DNA from: Callorhinchus milii
Taxonomy: Eukaryota
NCBI RefSeq assembly: GCF_018977255.1
Contig: NW_024704743.1
Coordinates: 12,588,001-12,652,000 of the forward strand
Reading direction: 5' to 3'
Length of the DNA: 64,000 nucleotides
In this document: one piece after another, positions 1 to 13,800 of the stretch
Numbering within the stretch: the stretch's first letter is position 1
Layout: each line of letters opens with the position of its first letter
The notes under the pieces: model-generated
What the model was told of the DNA's origin: nothing
Seen by the model: the letters and a program-made list of their open reading frames with translations, nothing else
Database searches by the model: none
Position numbers and translations under genes: made by a program

Positions 1-205
1 AGTTCCAGAGCCTCGGGGCTGAGAGGCTGAAGGCCCGGCCACTGATGGTGGGGCGGTTGGGGCGGGGGATGTGGAGCAGACCGGAGCCGGAGGAACGGAG
101 GGTACGGGCAGGTAGGTAGGGGGACAGTAGGTCGGAGAGGTAGGGGGGAGCGAGGCCGTGAATGGCCTTGTAGGTGAGGATGAGGATCTTGAACATTATC
201 ACTGA
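1..205 (-). mobile_element. L2 LINE 3' ORF2 fragment
   Basis: Minus strand encodes FKILILTYKAIHGLAPPYLSDLL...GRAFS...LWN. Confidence 0.8.
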
Positions 206-267
206 GCGCTCTGAGACACTCACCATATGAAGGGTGGTGTTGTAGTTGTTGAAATGGCAGCAGTATG

Positions 268-643
268 GTGGAGTCCTGTTGGTTAGAGCACTCGCCTTAC
301 AAGCCAAGCCGGAGGACTGGGGTTCAAATCCGGGGAGGGGGAAACATTAGGCAAGGAAGCCACCTGCCTGCTTACCCAGCAGTAAATAGGAACCCAATTG
401 TTAATCGATTGGTGATGATCCTTTTTTTAAAAAAATGTGATCACTCAATCCGTGACTGTTTGTGCTACATTACACAAAATGCACAGTCAATTCACTTTAT
501 AGTATAATCTGTGAAGCGCTTTGAAACATCTTGAAGAGGGTGCAGAAAAGATTTACTATGATACTCTCTGAAAATGAGTGTTTTTTGTACTGGAATAGAG
601 AAAGTGATAAGGCGCTATATCAAATGCAAGGTTTGTTATTATG
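268..643 (+). mobile_element. tRNA-derived SINE (long variant, diverged)
   Basis: A/B-box head GGAGTCCTGT..GGTTAGAGCACTCGC..GGTTCAAATCC, shared core and tail. Confidence 0.75.
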
Positions 644-699
644 TATGACTTCAATTAGATTGACTTGCTCTGCCTAACGTTTATAAATTGTTTGTTAAA

Positions 700-905
700 C
701 CACAGTTGGGAGTAATGTGTCCAGTTTTGGTGACCCGACTTCAGTGACAATGTCACAGGCTGTAGAAAAGGTGCAGAAGAGATTTAATAGGAATATACTC
801 TCTGGGGATGAGCTTTTTGTCCTGGAACAGAGGAAGTTAAGGGGATCATATGAAGGGTTTTGATAGTCCATAGTGAGAAATGATTTGTATTGGTCGGTGA
901 GTCAG
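700..905 (+). mobile_element. CR1-type LINE fragment
   Basis: CVQFW, EKVQKRF and EQRKLRG-like CR1 ORF2 C-terminal motifs. Confidence 0.65.
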
Positions 906-1714
906 GAAGTATATCAGAACATAAGAAATGCTAGAGGAAAAAAGAACAAGTTCCATCTAGTTCGCTTTCCACCTGCCCGGCGGTCGCATGCACATTTGTC
1001 CCAAAACTACCTATAATGTCCCATAATGTTATTTCCTAAAAGAAAATGATCTAATCTGTGTTTGAAGGAATCTACGCTTTCTGCTTCAACATGATAAGCA
1101 AAATGGCCTTGATCTGTGTTGTAAATTTCTATGGTTCTGCCTTTTCCATTTATAACACTTCTGCAGGGTGCCCTCTGGATCTCTTGCAAGCAGCCACATT
1201 ATTCATATTTGAGCCTTGACAGTCACTTTTGGCAGAATATTCAAGAAAGCAGATATTACATCCACTCCAATCCTGTCCACACCTGACATCTATACATGCG
1301 ACCAGTCACTAGATGACAATAGAGTATCTGGATGGTTTCCCAATCTAACCCAGACTGCTGATGCCAACAGAAGTGACCTAACTGCTCCCTCGTATGAAAA
1401 CCTTACTGCAATACGTAGCAGATTATGTTGGCAGATTTCTGGCTTTGAGTGGGATTTTAAGAAATTTGTGGGTTCCAAAATAGTTATGTAAAATATTTAT
1501 TCCAATTGGTAGGAATTGTATTTGGTGCTTTTCCTTCTCTCTAAGTGTGCACAATTGCCATTTTATATCCCTTACTAAAATATCCTCCTAATTACTGTTC
1601 TGCAGAGCATCAATTGGATTGCTAACCCACTGTGGTGGTGCATTTGGAATTTAAGAAGCCCTGGGCATTTAAGAGCTAAGAAGCACTACACCACAATTTA
1701 TTTCTCATTGGAAA

Positions 1715-1826
1715 ATGGCAGAAGACCCACAGAGAAACTTCCGTTCCCACTATTATGAAAAGGTTGGGTTTCGTGGCGTTGAAGAGAAGAAATCCCTGGA
1801 GATTCTGCTGAAGGACGATCCATTGG
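1715..1826 (+). CDS. TBC1D7: TBC1D7 coding exon 1 (probable acceptor for the UTR part at 1604-1605)
   Basis: ATG in AAAATGG context; [37 protein letters not shown]; donor gtaaat at 1827. Confidence 0.95.
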
Positions 1827-4800
1827 GTAAATCAATGTTACATGTTTCAGTGTATCTGAGATAAATTGGTGTTAAAGTAGAAGTTTATATGATACAGTAA
1901 GTGAAATCCTCTGCTGTGCAATTTAGTATTGTGGATGAGTTGGAATGAGATATGGTATTTTGTATGAAATTTGGACATGGGAAATTTGTAATCTTTTTTA
2001 GTTTTAAAATACAGGTAATGCTCTGCTACAGATTTTTCTCAGTACTGTACTGAGCTACACACTCAATATTCTGTAAATCGTCCCTTAGCACCAGATTGTG
2101 GAGTCTTGGGAGATCTTGTCTATGTTCTGGGTTTGGTGTATTTCAGGTTTAATTGAGGTCACCAGGAGGATGAGAAATTTTACGTGGAACCATCCCAGTT
2201 TTCACAGATGTAGCTCATTTTGATACAGCAATACCTCAAGACATAACAAAGCTCCAAGGTCGACATAGTGCTCCAAGGTCACAGTGGTGATAATGGGCAG
2301 CGTGATCTATGATGTCTGGATGCACTAAGAAATAACCTCTCATACAAATAGTCTGCACATACTTGTTGTACCTGGTTTTGTTTTGTTTTTAAACCAAAGC
2401 ATTACAGCACACTTTTTAAATTTTTCTTGCAGATGTTGAGAAGTTGTGCACTTTTGCTCAGCGTTTTCCTCTTCCCTCCATGTACCGTGCTCTTGTGTGG
2501 AAAGTATTGCTCGGTATGTCTGTAAACTTACCTATTTTCAATTATTTCAAATGCTTAATTGTGTGTAATAATAATTATTCTTACATTTGCTAGTGCACCT
2601 TTCACATTGGAAAAATGTCCCAAAGTGCTTCACAGGATATACTGCAAAGTGCAGTGACTGCCTGTGGTCGACCATATTTCTGTGCTTTCTTATTATAGTT
2701 ACTTTTTAAATGTGTAGCTAAAGTTCTTTTGTCAATGTCATTTTAGATTGATACTTCTAGTTACTGACTCAACGATCAATGGAAATAATTTCTCCCTATT
2801 GATTCTTTCAAAACCCCTCATAAATTTAAAGACCTCTATCAGGTCACCTCTCAATCTTCTTTGTTCCAGTCGAAAAACTCCCAAATCCTCCAGTCTCTGC
2901 TCATAGGCCAAACCACTCATCCCCAGTATTATCCTCTGCACTCGCTCTATTGCCTTGATGTCTTTCCTAAAGTGACCAATACTGGCCATAATATTCTGAC
3001 TCATGATTTATAAGAATAATCCTTGCACTTGATATAGAGCTTTTCACATCTTCTCAAAGCGCTTCACAGGATATACGAATAGAGTTCAGTGTTATCCACA
3101 TACATGTAGAAATTGACCCAATGCTTGCAGCTGACATCATTGAGCGGGAGCAAGTATAGATTAAAGAGGAGGGGACCGAGGACAGAGTCCTGAGGGACGC
3201 CATACGTGATAATGCGAGGGCTAGAGAAGAAGCAGTTAGTGGGCATGAAGTGCAGATAATGGGAAAGGTAAGATTGGAACCAGGCAGGGACAGAACTGTT
3301 GAGGTGGAGGTGTGAGGAGAGGCGGTGGAGATGAGTAGAGTGGACGACAGTATCGAAAGCGACAGAGAGGTCGAGGAGGACGAGGAGACAGAGGTGAGGG
3401 CAGAGCGGTTAGTCTTGTTGCAGTCCTGCGAGATCTGCTGATGAACTGGTTGCAGGTGGATAGAATGTCATTTGTCATTTTGACCAGAGCTGTCTCTGTG
3501 CTGTGAGCAGCTCAAAACCCAGATTGGAAGTGTTCATAGCGGGAATGCTGGGAGAGGAAAGAGCGAAGCTGGGAAGCAACGACTCGTCCCATGACCTTGA
3601 AAACGAAAGTTTGAAATGGGACGGTAGTTAGGGAGCAGAGATGGGTACGGTGGAGGTAGGCCGGGAGTGGTTAACAATATCTGTTAATAGGGGCACAAGG
3701 AGGTGGAGTTGGGAGATGAGGAGTAGGGATGGGTTCAAAGGAGCAGGTGGTGGGTTTCATACGGGAAATGATGGAGGTGAGCGAAGAGAGGGAGACAGGG
3801 TCAAAAGTGTGGAGGAAGGAATGGGGGCGCAGGCTGGAAGAGGAGTGGGAGATGGGGACAGAGTACAGGTAGAGGGGCTAGAGGCGGCAGAGCAAATCCC
3901 CTTGACTTTGGACTCGAGGAAATCCATCATCTTCTCACGTTTGGTGTTGGAGGAGTGGATGGCAGAGGTATGGGAGGGTGGTTGGAGGAGTTGGTTAATA
4001 GTAGAAAGGGAAGTCTGGTGTTGTCCTTAGCTTCACAAGATGATTTTGGAGTAAAAGGATGACTTAGCTGAAGCGAAGGCAAAGCAGTAGGTCTTGCTGC
4101 AGTCTTGCCAGATTGCTGATGAACTGTTCAATTGATTTTGCGCCAGATGCATTCGGTGGAGCGCACGTGAGATTTGAGGGAGCGGAGGTTTCTGATGTAC
4201 CAGGGGACTTGCGTGAGTAAGAGGTAGTGCGGGAGTTGACGGGGGCAAGAGTATCGAGGATGTCCGAGAGGGAGTTTAGGATAGTGACCGAGGAGGATAG
4301 GTTTTTGCAGGAGGAGGGCCAGAGGAGTAGGTGTTCAGAAACCTCCAGGGCAGTGGAGAAGGCATGGAGGGGGATTTTTCTCCAGGGAGGATAGGAAATG
4401 CAAGTAGGGTGGGTGGCACAGAGGGGGATGGAGAAGTTAAGGGAGATGAAATAATGATCTGAGATGTCTTTGTCAATGATGGTGATGTCAGAGACGGTAA
4501 GGCCCCAGGTGATCACCAGGTCTAGTGGGTGGCATGGATGTGGGTAGCGGCGTTGATGTAGAGGGGGAGGTTGTTGGAGGAGAGGATGGAGAAGTCAGCA
4601 GATGTGGAGCAAGAAGGGGTGAAGTGAAGGTTAAAGTTGCCCAAAATGATGAGGCGTTCACAACAGACACAGAGGAAAGATAGGAGGGTGGAGATTTCAG
4701 AGAGGAAAGTGGACAGGGTTTGGGGGGATGATAGATGAGGATTTTTAAGGAGTGGTTGGAGGGATGGTAGAGAGTAAGGTGCTCGAATGAGGAGAAGGAT

Positions 4801-7800
4801 CCAGAGGAGTAAGTGGAGGGCCTGGAGATGAGGGCAACAATGCCACGATGGTTGGGACATGGGGCATGATGGAAGCTATAGCCAGGTCGCATGGTCTCAG
4901 TAGGGGGAAGGTGTCACCTGGCTGAACCAGGTTTCAGTGAGAGCAAGCATGTTGACGTTTTCGTCAACAATGAGTTTGTGGACAGTGAGGGCTTTATTAG
5001 ATAGGAGGTGGACATTTTGAAGGGCAATGCTGTGGGGACAGTTTACGGGATGGGGGGCGGTGGGAGGAAGCAGGATTGACAGGAGGGGTGGGAACGCGAA
5101 TCATGGCTACACCAAAGCCAGAGAGGGGAAGAGATAATGGACTGGATGGGAAAGGGGGGGAAGAAGATTGGGATAATAACAGAGGTAAAAACTGTACTTA
5201 GCCTATGTTTATTTGAAAAATGCCTTGTGGAAGTGACTTAATGTGGCGAGTTCCGACCGTTGGTTCAGGTGGGAGATTTTAAAAATGACGTCTCCGCACC
5301 TAGAACAACCGCTCGCGCCAGTCACTGCCCGCTCATTCGCTATTCCTGTGGCCTTACTGCTCGCTGTTCCCGTCTTCGTTTGCCGCTCACTGCTCGTGTC
5401 TGCACGAGGCGGCAGAGAGAGCCCTGTCGGTACCCGCTGGCCTCACTTCAGCCGCAGCGTGCTGATCTCACTTGTGCCCTTACTCCGTTCTCCTGTTAAA
5501 ATCCTGCGCTCGCCCGCTGGCCTCGAGCCAAGTCTTGCAACGCTTGCAGCAAGTCCTGGTCTCCTGTTGAGTAACAACTCAGATTTGATTGATCTTTTGT
5601 TGCCTCCAAGTTGTTTCCAAGTTAATTAGTGAAAACTGCATTATTGGTACATTTAGTTTGATCATTCTCTGAAACACTATCCTGCATGAAGAGCGCTATG
5701 TAAGTGTGTGCGTATATATATTTATAGTTATACTTTTTTAAAAAAAGTATGTTTTTCATAATCGTGATATTCATTGTAATTGATATAATGCTTCATATTG
5801 AGAAGATATCTCAAAAGCACTTCACAGGATTTACTGTAACGTGAAGTGACTGACTGTGTATTTTGGAGGTGTACTGGAAGCCAATTTTTGTACAGCCATA
5901 TAGTGAATGACCAGTTTTATTTGGGGGATTATTCACCAGGAAACCAGGATAAACTCCTTTCTCTTTGAGTAGTGCCGTGGAATCGTTTAACATCCTACTG
6001 AAGAGGCATTTAATTCGAAGGATGGCAAATCCAACAATGTAGTGCTTGCATTGGGGTGTCAGCCTAGTCCTTGTCAGTTCAGGGCAATATAAAACCTTTA
6101 ATGAAGCCTTTAAAAAGCTGCTGAGTTATCCACTGACTCTTCCAGGACTGCCAATCAGAGTGGAAATGCTTCCTGCTAGTGATCTTGAAAAAATTATCAA
6201 AATTTCCTGGTTGCTGTGTAGATTATCTTTCTTATGTCTTGGCTTTGAGAGGCTGAAAAATAGTCATTGGAGTTTCCTTCCAACCAAACAGAAGGCAGTT
6301 CTTACAAAGTAGTTTCCAATCCCACAATTCAGGGTGAGACTCATGATGACCAGACAATAAACACAATTAATGGTCGATCATTGTTTTAAATTGCAGAAAT
6401 GTTGAAATAGTCTCTATTAAGAGATGAACCTTGCATTTTTATGATATCTTATCACTTTGAAAAGTCTTGAGGTGCTTTACAGGAAATTACTGTCAAGTGT
6501 ACTTTTACGTATTGGCATTTGTGTTGGACCGCAAACAACCAAGTGGTAAATAACAAATTAACCTAGCGGAAGGTGCGATGGGATCCTTAACATCCACTTG
6601 AAGAACAAATGGAAACTTGGTTCGCCGATAGCCCTACAAAATACAGTAAATCATGCATAGTGCTTTAAGGTATCGTCCTGACATGGAAGGTCTTATATGA
6701 TAATAATATCTATTAATATTTTATCTGAAAATGGCAAGCCACCATTACTGTGGTGAAGTGTCAGCCCAGACAATGAGATACTGTAGACAGATTTATTTAT
6801 AATTGTAGCTCATTTTAAAGATAAATCCTAGATATGGAATGTCTATGATAGTGTATGATATTGGAAATGACGGAATGTTATACTTCAGCTGCTGAAGGTA
6901 TAAATATTGTGATTTGTATCATTTTGTTGATGACTGAAATTGTCCAATATCCCTGCAGGCATTCTTCCTCCTCACTATGAATCCCACTCTGTTGTGATGG
7001 GGTTTCGGGAAGAGCAGTACCAAGACTTGCTGCAAGCATTGCAAGTTATTCGCTTTATTCGTGATTCCACCCAACAGATTTGGATTTACCTCCGAATGTT
7101 CCAGTTAGAGTCGGGAATTCTACCGCGACGCCCAACCCAGCTGGTCAGTAATGTTTTAAACAGCAAAAGGTTGTATCGTGGTAATTTTGATTTGATTGGA
7201 TTGTGTCAGGTTTTTGTCTTTCACTTGTTTAATAGTTTAATAGATTACAATCCTGGATTTCTTTCACAATTCACAGGAACTAATTTGGGTATTACCTTTA
7301 CTCCCATCACCTAAATTCACAGGTGCTTCTCTTTCCTTTGCTTTAGTGGTTAGTGTAAATAGTTGGGATTATAGTATAAGAATCACTATTATTGACCACG
7401 AAGTGAATAGATGAATTAAGTAGAATGAATTAAAGAAATAAAAACTGTCATGTGACACACACACACAGTCCTAGTAAAGAGGTACCGAGCTAGGAGGAGA
7501 TCACTGGAATGCGATCCATGGCCAGGGAAGATAAGGATAGCTGGATCTAGAGGATGGATGGTAGGCCATCTGCGCTTACAAGGGCATGTGACTTACGGGC
7601 AAGAGAGATAGGAACCTGGGATAATTGGACCAGGAGAATGGATGGGATACAAACTAGTGATTAAAACTGAGAAAAAACTTAAGTGAACGGGTCACATGGA
7701 CAGAGTTAGAAAGAAGGATTGAAACTTCAGGGACATGGAGTCAGGTGGTTTGGTCAGGCTAGATAAGATGGAATAGGAGGAGTATGGTTCTTTTACAGAA

Positions 7801-10800
7801 GCTACCCTAGCTGGTGCAAGGAGAAACAACTTGAAGATAGGGAAAGAATGCCTGGGAAAGTGCAGAGAGCGGGAAAGAAGTCATGAAAAAAAAAAGTTAG
7901 AACACAGATGGCCAAACTAGTTTTTTTAGAGGAGCCTCGGAAGAGCCTCTGAGGAGTCTTCTGGAGAGCCTCTGGGGAGCCTCTGAGGAGAGAAAGGGGA
8001 CAAAGTCTAGCTCTCGCTGGAGTGCACTGCAAAGAGGACAAGTTCAGCCTTGCCGGAGTGGACCATCCAGAGACGTTTGCAGCTAGAAGCAAGCCAGAGA
8101 TGTTTGCATCCAGCAGCAAGCCAGAGACAATGTTTAACTTTTGTGCCAGCCTTAGAACTTTGTCACGACTTCCTGCCTGCTTGGTAATATCTCTCCTACT
8201 TACTAAAACACATACCCAATATACATACCAACAGTTAGACATTATTTAGGCACATTTCATATATCACATAATGTTTTTTTATATATGTTCAGAATTTTAG
8301 TATTGAGTGTATTATTAAGATGATGATAATAATAATCCTTGCATTTGATATAGCGCTTTTCATGTCTTCTAGACGTCTCAAAGCGTTTCACAGAATATGC
8401 TGTAAAGTGAATTGACTGTATATTTGTGGGCGAAACGCGGCAGCCAATTGCGCACAGCAATGTCCCACAGACAGTCGTGGATTGAAAATGATCAATTTAT
8501 TATTTTTTTGGGGGGAGAGTTTAGTACTTTAGTAGTCATTTAAGCATGACAGGTAATGATAATGCGTCGGGTGTAATGTGATGCTTATGCTTGTGTGGTT
8601 TTATAATTGCTAATAAAACGTTTAATAATATCCTTGGTGTGGTTTCTGACAAATGCTTGAACCCAATTTCACAAATTTGGTGACCACGAAGGGACTGACA
8701 AGTGTCTTGGTCATAAGACTAAGAGCCAATATAGCAATATTGTCTGTCCGAACAAAAGGGACCTCAAGTGTTTGACTGAATCATACTCAAGTCACATATA
8801 TATTCACACAAACAATAAGTGAAGGAGATGGGGAATAAGACTAACAAGAGTTAGGAAAAAAAGGGCCAACTATGTTAGACATCTATATTGATAAAATAGG
8901 GAAACAAGTACTGCATGCGGGTTAGAAGGGTTCTATGAGAACATGGAGAATCATGCAAGTCCACTAGAAGGAGCTGTTGATTGGCCTGATGAAATGTCAG
9001 GGTTGGGTGTCACAACAATTCGCTCACAAAAGCAAGCCGAGCGAGTGTTGCGATACGCGATTTACTGTGCCATGGTCATTAATAAACAGAGCAGATACCA
9101 GGAATATGGAATTAGCAAAGGTAATTAGGGAGTCCCTCAAACAGTTAGAGGACCAAGAGGAGTATGTCTTGAACCAGATCAATGACCATCAAACTATGAA
9201 TTGTGAGCAGGCAAAGCAAATTTCCCATTTAACTGGCACCGTTAGCAGCAACATCTAATAGCCATGTCAGCATGGGTCAGAATGCATTTTCAAGTGCGAA
9301 ATGATTAATGGAACTCGAGGCTGCGTTTAAGGAAATTCAGCGCCAGTTAGAAGATGCAGGGGGAGCGTTAAGAGAGGAAATGGAGAAACAGACAAAAGGT
9401 AGATTTGGCCGCTGATCACATAGAATGTGCCAAACAAATAGCTGAATTACAGACAGCACTAGATCTTAAAAGGGCGTTGGTATCAGCTATCCAGATCGCG
9501 CCGGCTGCCACCGATCCAATGATCAAAACGGCACCCCGGAGCGATCAGATAGTCGAATCTTTGGCCCCAAGGGAGGAGGTAACAGTGGCAACTGCCCTGC
9601 TTCTCGAGACCGAACCCATGAATGAGCCTGCTAAGGTAACCCCCCCCCCCAGCCAAAACCAAGGAACCGTAGAGTTCAGGTAGCCATCCTGAGCAAAACT
9701 TCACCCCAACTGCAACCCCCCTGCCATACTCCCCTTCTAAACCCTGCACAGTTCAATCTACCCTCAACCTCAACACCCAGATATTCTGATCTAGTGTCAC
9801 CTCGCTTTGTACTGGTTTCGGCTGAGATAGGAGGTTGACGGGCACGATCTCTGTTCTCTCGCTCTACCGTTTCCGAAGCCTCATCACACCCAGAATCGCA
9901 AAGGCGATACACCCTGACACCGCTTCCCCGTCAAAGAAAGAGCAGTGGTAATAGTCCGATTCCTACTCCACGAGTTCCGCTTTGCCAGACGACACCTTTA
10001 TCAGCCACAGACTGCAGCACTCTGGTGAAAGAGATAGGGACAATTTCCCCAGGAAAGCATCCCTCGACTTTCAGACGAGAGTGGACTGCTTTTGTGCAGA
10101 GACAGCCCGAGCTGGACAGTTTTGAGCAGGTTAGGGTAAAAGTCATTGACCCTAAATTACAGGAAAGGCTCCATACAGATCTGTTTAAAATGGGAACAAG
10201 TGCAGTGTATGTGAGTGAGCAAATAGAATAGGCATTAGGGATTAATCAAATTGACACTGATTAGGAATTCGTTAATGCTGTACAGGATTTAAGAGAGCAC
10301 CTGACCGCATTCGATAGGCAACTCTCCGCGCTTTTCGCGCTGTCCCAGGTAAACGGTATCCATGCTGATCCCCACAGGCAGGTCATGTTAAACAAAAATT
10401 CTTGACAAAACTCCACCCAAAAGTCCAGGCTAAATAAACTAGGGATGCTAGTGACACCTGAGGATTATTGAAACAAGCTTTTCGCAATGGTAGTTAAAGC
10501 ATGGGAAGGTGTCAGAAGCCTTCAGACCAGGTACCACGATCGGAGGGGGGAAAGGAGGTATGCTATGTAGAAGGGCCAAAACCAGGTATAATGACCCGGG
10601 ACGAAAGCAGGGTAGAAAGCCAGGGGAAAGCAGAGCTAATGTGCCTTACAGTACCGGCAGAAATCCAAGCAACTCACCCTGTCATGTTTGTGGTGACTGG
10701 GCATTGGGCGCAGACCTGCCCTCAGAAGTGCAACAGCAGTAATGCTCCACCCCAAAGGGAGGGACCTAAAGCATCAGCAGCCAGTCCCACCTGTGAGGAC

Positions 10801-13800
10801 TTTGTGAACTGGTCAAAACAATTTCAAAGGGGACTGGGTACTGACCAATCGGCTAGTAATGCTGATAACAGCAATGGTCCAGCCCACAGTAGAGACAAGT
10901 AACACAGCAAAGACAAGTAGATGTGATAAAGTCTGTCTCACCCATGTGTCCCATAGCAGGGATTTACATTCCAAAATCCAACCCCCCCCCCCCCCCCCCC
11001 CCCACTATGGCCAATTGACGGTTCCCGGCCTTCCCACTAACTTCCCCCAAACTATGTCTATCATTTGAACCTGTATTAGGAGCCAGACCTTATGTTAAAC
11101 TGGTGGTGAATAGAGGCCCATCGCAACTTATGTTAATTGACACCGGATCTGACGCTACTATAATACACTCTGACACTCCGACTGAAAATTTGCATGCTAC
11201 GAACGAATGTATGGAATTGTGTGGGTTTGACGGGAGCGCTGTGTTATCGGTCCAATTGACACATGTTAAACTAACCTTCCCGGTGGAAAGTGGGTGGTGT
11301 ACGTTAGACGTACTGAGTGCGTCAGTGACCAACATGATCCAGAAGAGAGGGATATTGGGAGCAGATGCTCTTTTAAAATATGCGGTGACAGTTGATTTTT
11401 CAAATCAATGCCTGTGGATAGGGGATCCCACTGGAGGTGGGGAGATCGCATATCCATAATGGGTTGATGACTGTCATGCGGTATTTGCAATTAAAAAGGG
11501 TGAAAGTTACCCCCCCATACAGTTCCCAGATAATATAGTGGCAAAAATCTTTGCTGGCCAACCCTCAGTGGTGTCTCTCCACAAGTATGAGTGTGAAAAG
11601 TTAGCTGCTACTGAGACCATTAACGGACCACCGAACAAACCCTGCAAGCAATATCCTATACCACGGGATAGCCACCCCTACGTAGCTGATACTATTAACT
11701 CGTTAAAGCAAAAGGGTGTCATTCGAAAAGGTACATTCACCACCATTCGCGTTCACATTTGATAACCAGCAATACACCTGGATGTGCATGCCCCAAGGGT
11801 TCCACAACACTCCGACTATCTTTCACAAATGAATGGCTGCTATTATTAAAGGGTGCATCAATTCTGAGTGTGTGTTTTAGTATGTGGATGATATTTTAAT
11901 TGCAACCACTGACTACGACACTTGAATTCAGACATACTGAACTGACTGGCTGAAGCAGGACTGAAAATGAACCCCAAGAAGGCTCAGCTACTACAAAAGA
12001 CTGTAACTTTTCTTGGAATACAACTGCCTCCTAGTGGCCGTATGCCAGATGATAAAAAGATCGAAATATTGTCCCGGCTGCCGCTCCCTAAAACAAAAAC
12101 AGCCCTGCGATCATTCTTGGGTCTGGAGGGATATCAAAGGTGGTCCATTCCATCCTTTGCTGAGCTCGCCAAACCGCTGTACAAATTGTTGAAAGGACAA
12201 GAGGACTCTGTGCTAGAATTTTGGACTGATGTTCACACTGCAGCTGTGGCTGCTTTAAAACAAGGAGTCGTACAAGCCACAGCTTTGATTTCTCCTTTTC
12301 ACCTGGAGGTAGGTGCGACTGACCAGAGCTGAACGACACCTGCTGGCCACATTCTGGGCCTTTACACATTTTACCTTTGTGACCAGTCTCCAGAAGGTGG
12401 TGCTACGTTCGCCGCACACTTCATTGACATTGTTGCTCAGCCCCGGAGATACTTCGGCGTCCTCTCAAAGACTGAACCGATGGGCCTTGGTACTGGGACA
12501 GCGGGACAACGAGATTACCTCACAACGAACAACACTTCTCCCTCATATGCTGCTATACGACGGAAACCCCCACGAGTGTCTAGCCCCACGCACCAAGTTT
12601 CAACATACATCCTTGAGCCTTACACCTCTTCCAGAGGGACAGCATGTGTATATCGATGGATCTTCCTTCCACGAAAAAGGACAGCCCCAGACAGGGTTTG
12701 CTGTCATCCTTCCACCAAACCAACAAATCATGTACCAATGCCAGCTGCACTCATCACAGTGTGCAGAACTAGCTGCCTTCCAGGAGGCTTTGAATCAAAC
12801 AGCAGACAAATCCACAAACATTTGGTCTGACAGCGCCTATGTGGTCAACACTGTCACTCTGTTACCTCTTCATCGGTCAAATTCCTTCCGGAAGACTGAT
12901 GGTAAACCATTTATACACCAGCCACTGTTGCAAACCATTTGGGAAATGCTCTCTGCTCGAAAGACTCCTTTGAACCTGGGAAAAGTTAAAGGACATTCAA
13001 AGATAGTGGCACCCCACACCCAGGGGAATTCTGATGCAGGCAAAGCTGCAAAGTTTGCGGCCACCCCTTTCCTCGGCCCTCCAGGTCGCATTGGTGGAAA
13101 AGGCTCCTTCTGCTTTGGACATTCAAACTTTACAGTCAACATACGAACCGTAATGTTGATGTGTTACAATGGCACAAAGAAGGCAAACCTTCTCCTCCAG
13201 CTGACTGTGACTGAGCCCCTTTGACTGTGACAACCCAGACAAATAAAGACTGTACTTCTGAACCAATTTTAATGTACTCGACCCCAGACATAAACCCAGT
13301 TGTGTGCATACCCCCAAGCCTGCAAGAGGAAGTATTCACAATATTTCACATGCACCCTATATCCGGTCACTATTCTGCAACCGTTACGACACAATTAATT
13401 TTGCCTTTGTGACCAGTCTCCAGAATTTTGTAGTATGTGGTAGCCAAATGTGGTAGAAGATATTGCGCAGCGCACCCACCGGTGTTTGGTATGTTTGCAG
13501 CATAATCCCCCTCCTCGAGGACAGTGAGTGTTCTTTAAATCGGCACCCCCACCCCATGGTCCATGGACCCATGTGCAGATTGATTTCATTGGTCTATTAC
13601 CAATGGCAAAAGGAGGTTTTAGGCACTGTCTTGTAATAGTAGACAAATTTACAAAATGGATTGAGGCTTTTCCCACTAGGATTAACACTGCGCTAACAGC
13701 AGCACGAATCCTCTTGTGCGAAGTGATCTGCAGGTGGGGAATACCTGTACAAGTGGACTCAGACCAAGGATCGCACTTTACAGGTCAAATTTTCTCAGAA

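Noticed and set aside
5225..5570. CpG-rich patch with 128-aa and 79-aa ORFs
   Set aside because: It abuts the 5' end of a minus-strand LINE and is most likely a LINE 5' region; no recognisable protein or splice pattern
10982..11003. Poly-C run between ERV-A gag and protease (and poly-G at 45954-45972)
   Set aside because: Homopolymer expansion or sequencing artefact; no evidence for a frameshift signal or function
12313..13224. 303-aa ORF as a possible domesticated RNase H gene
   Set aside because: Just the longest unbroken pol stretch; no ATG start, frameshifted ends, and the last catalytic Asp appears altered (GNSDAG)
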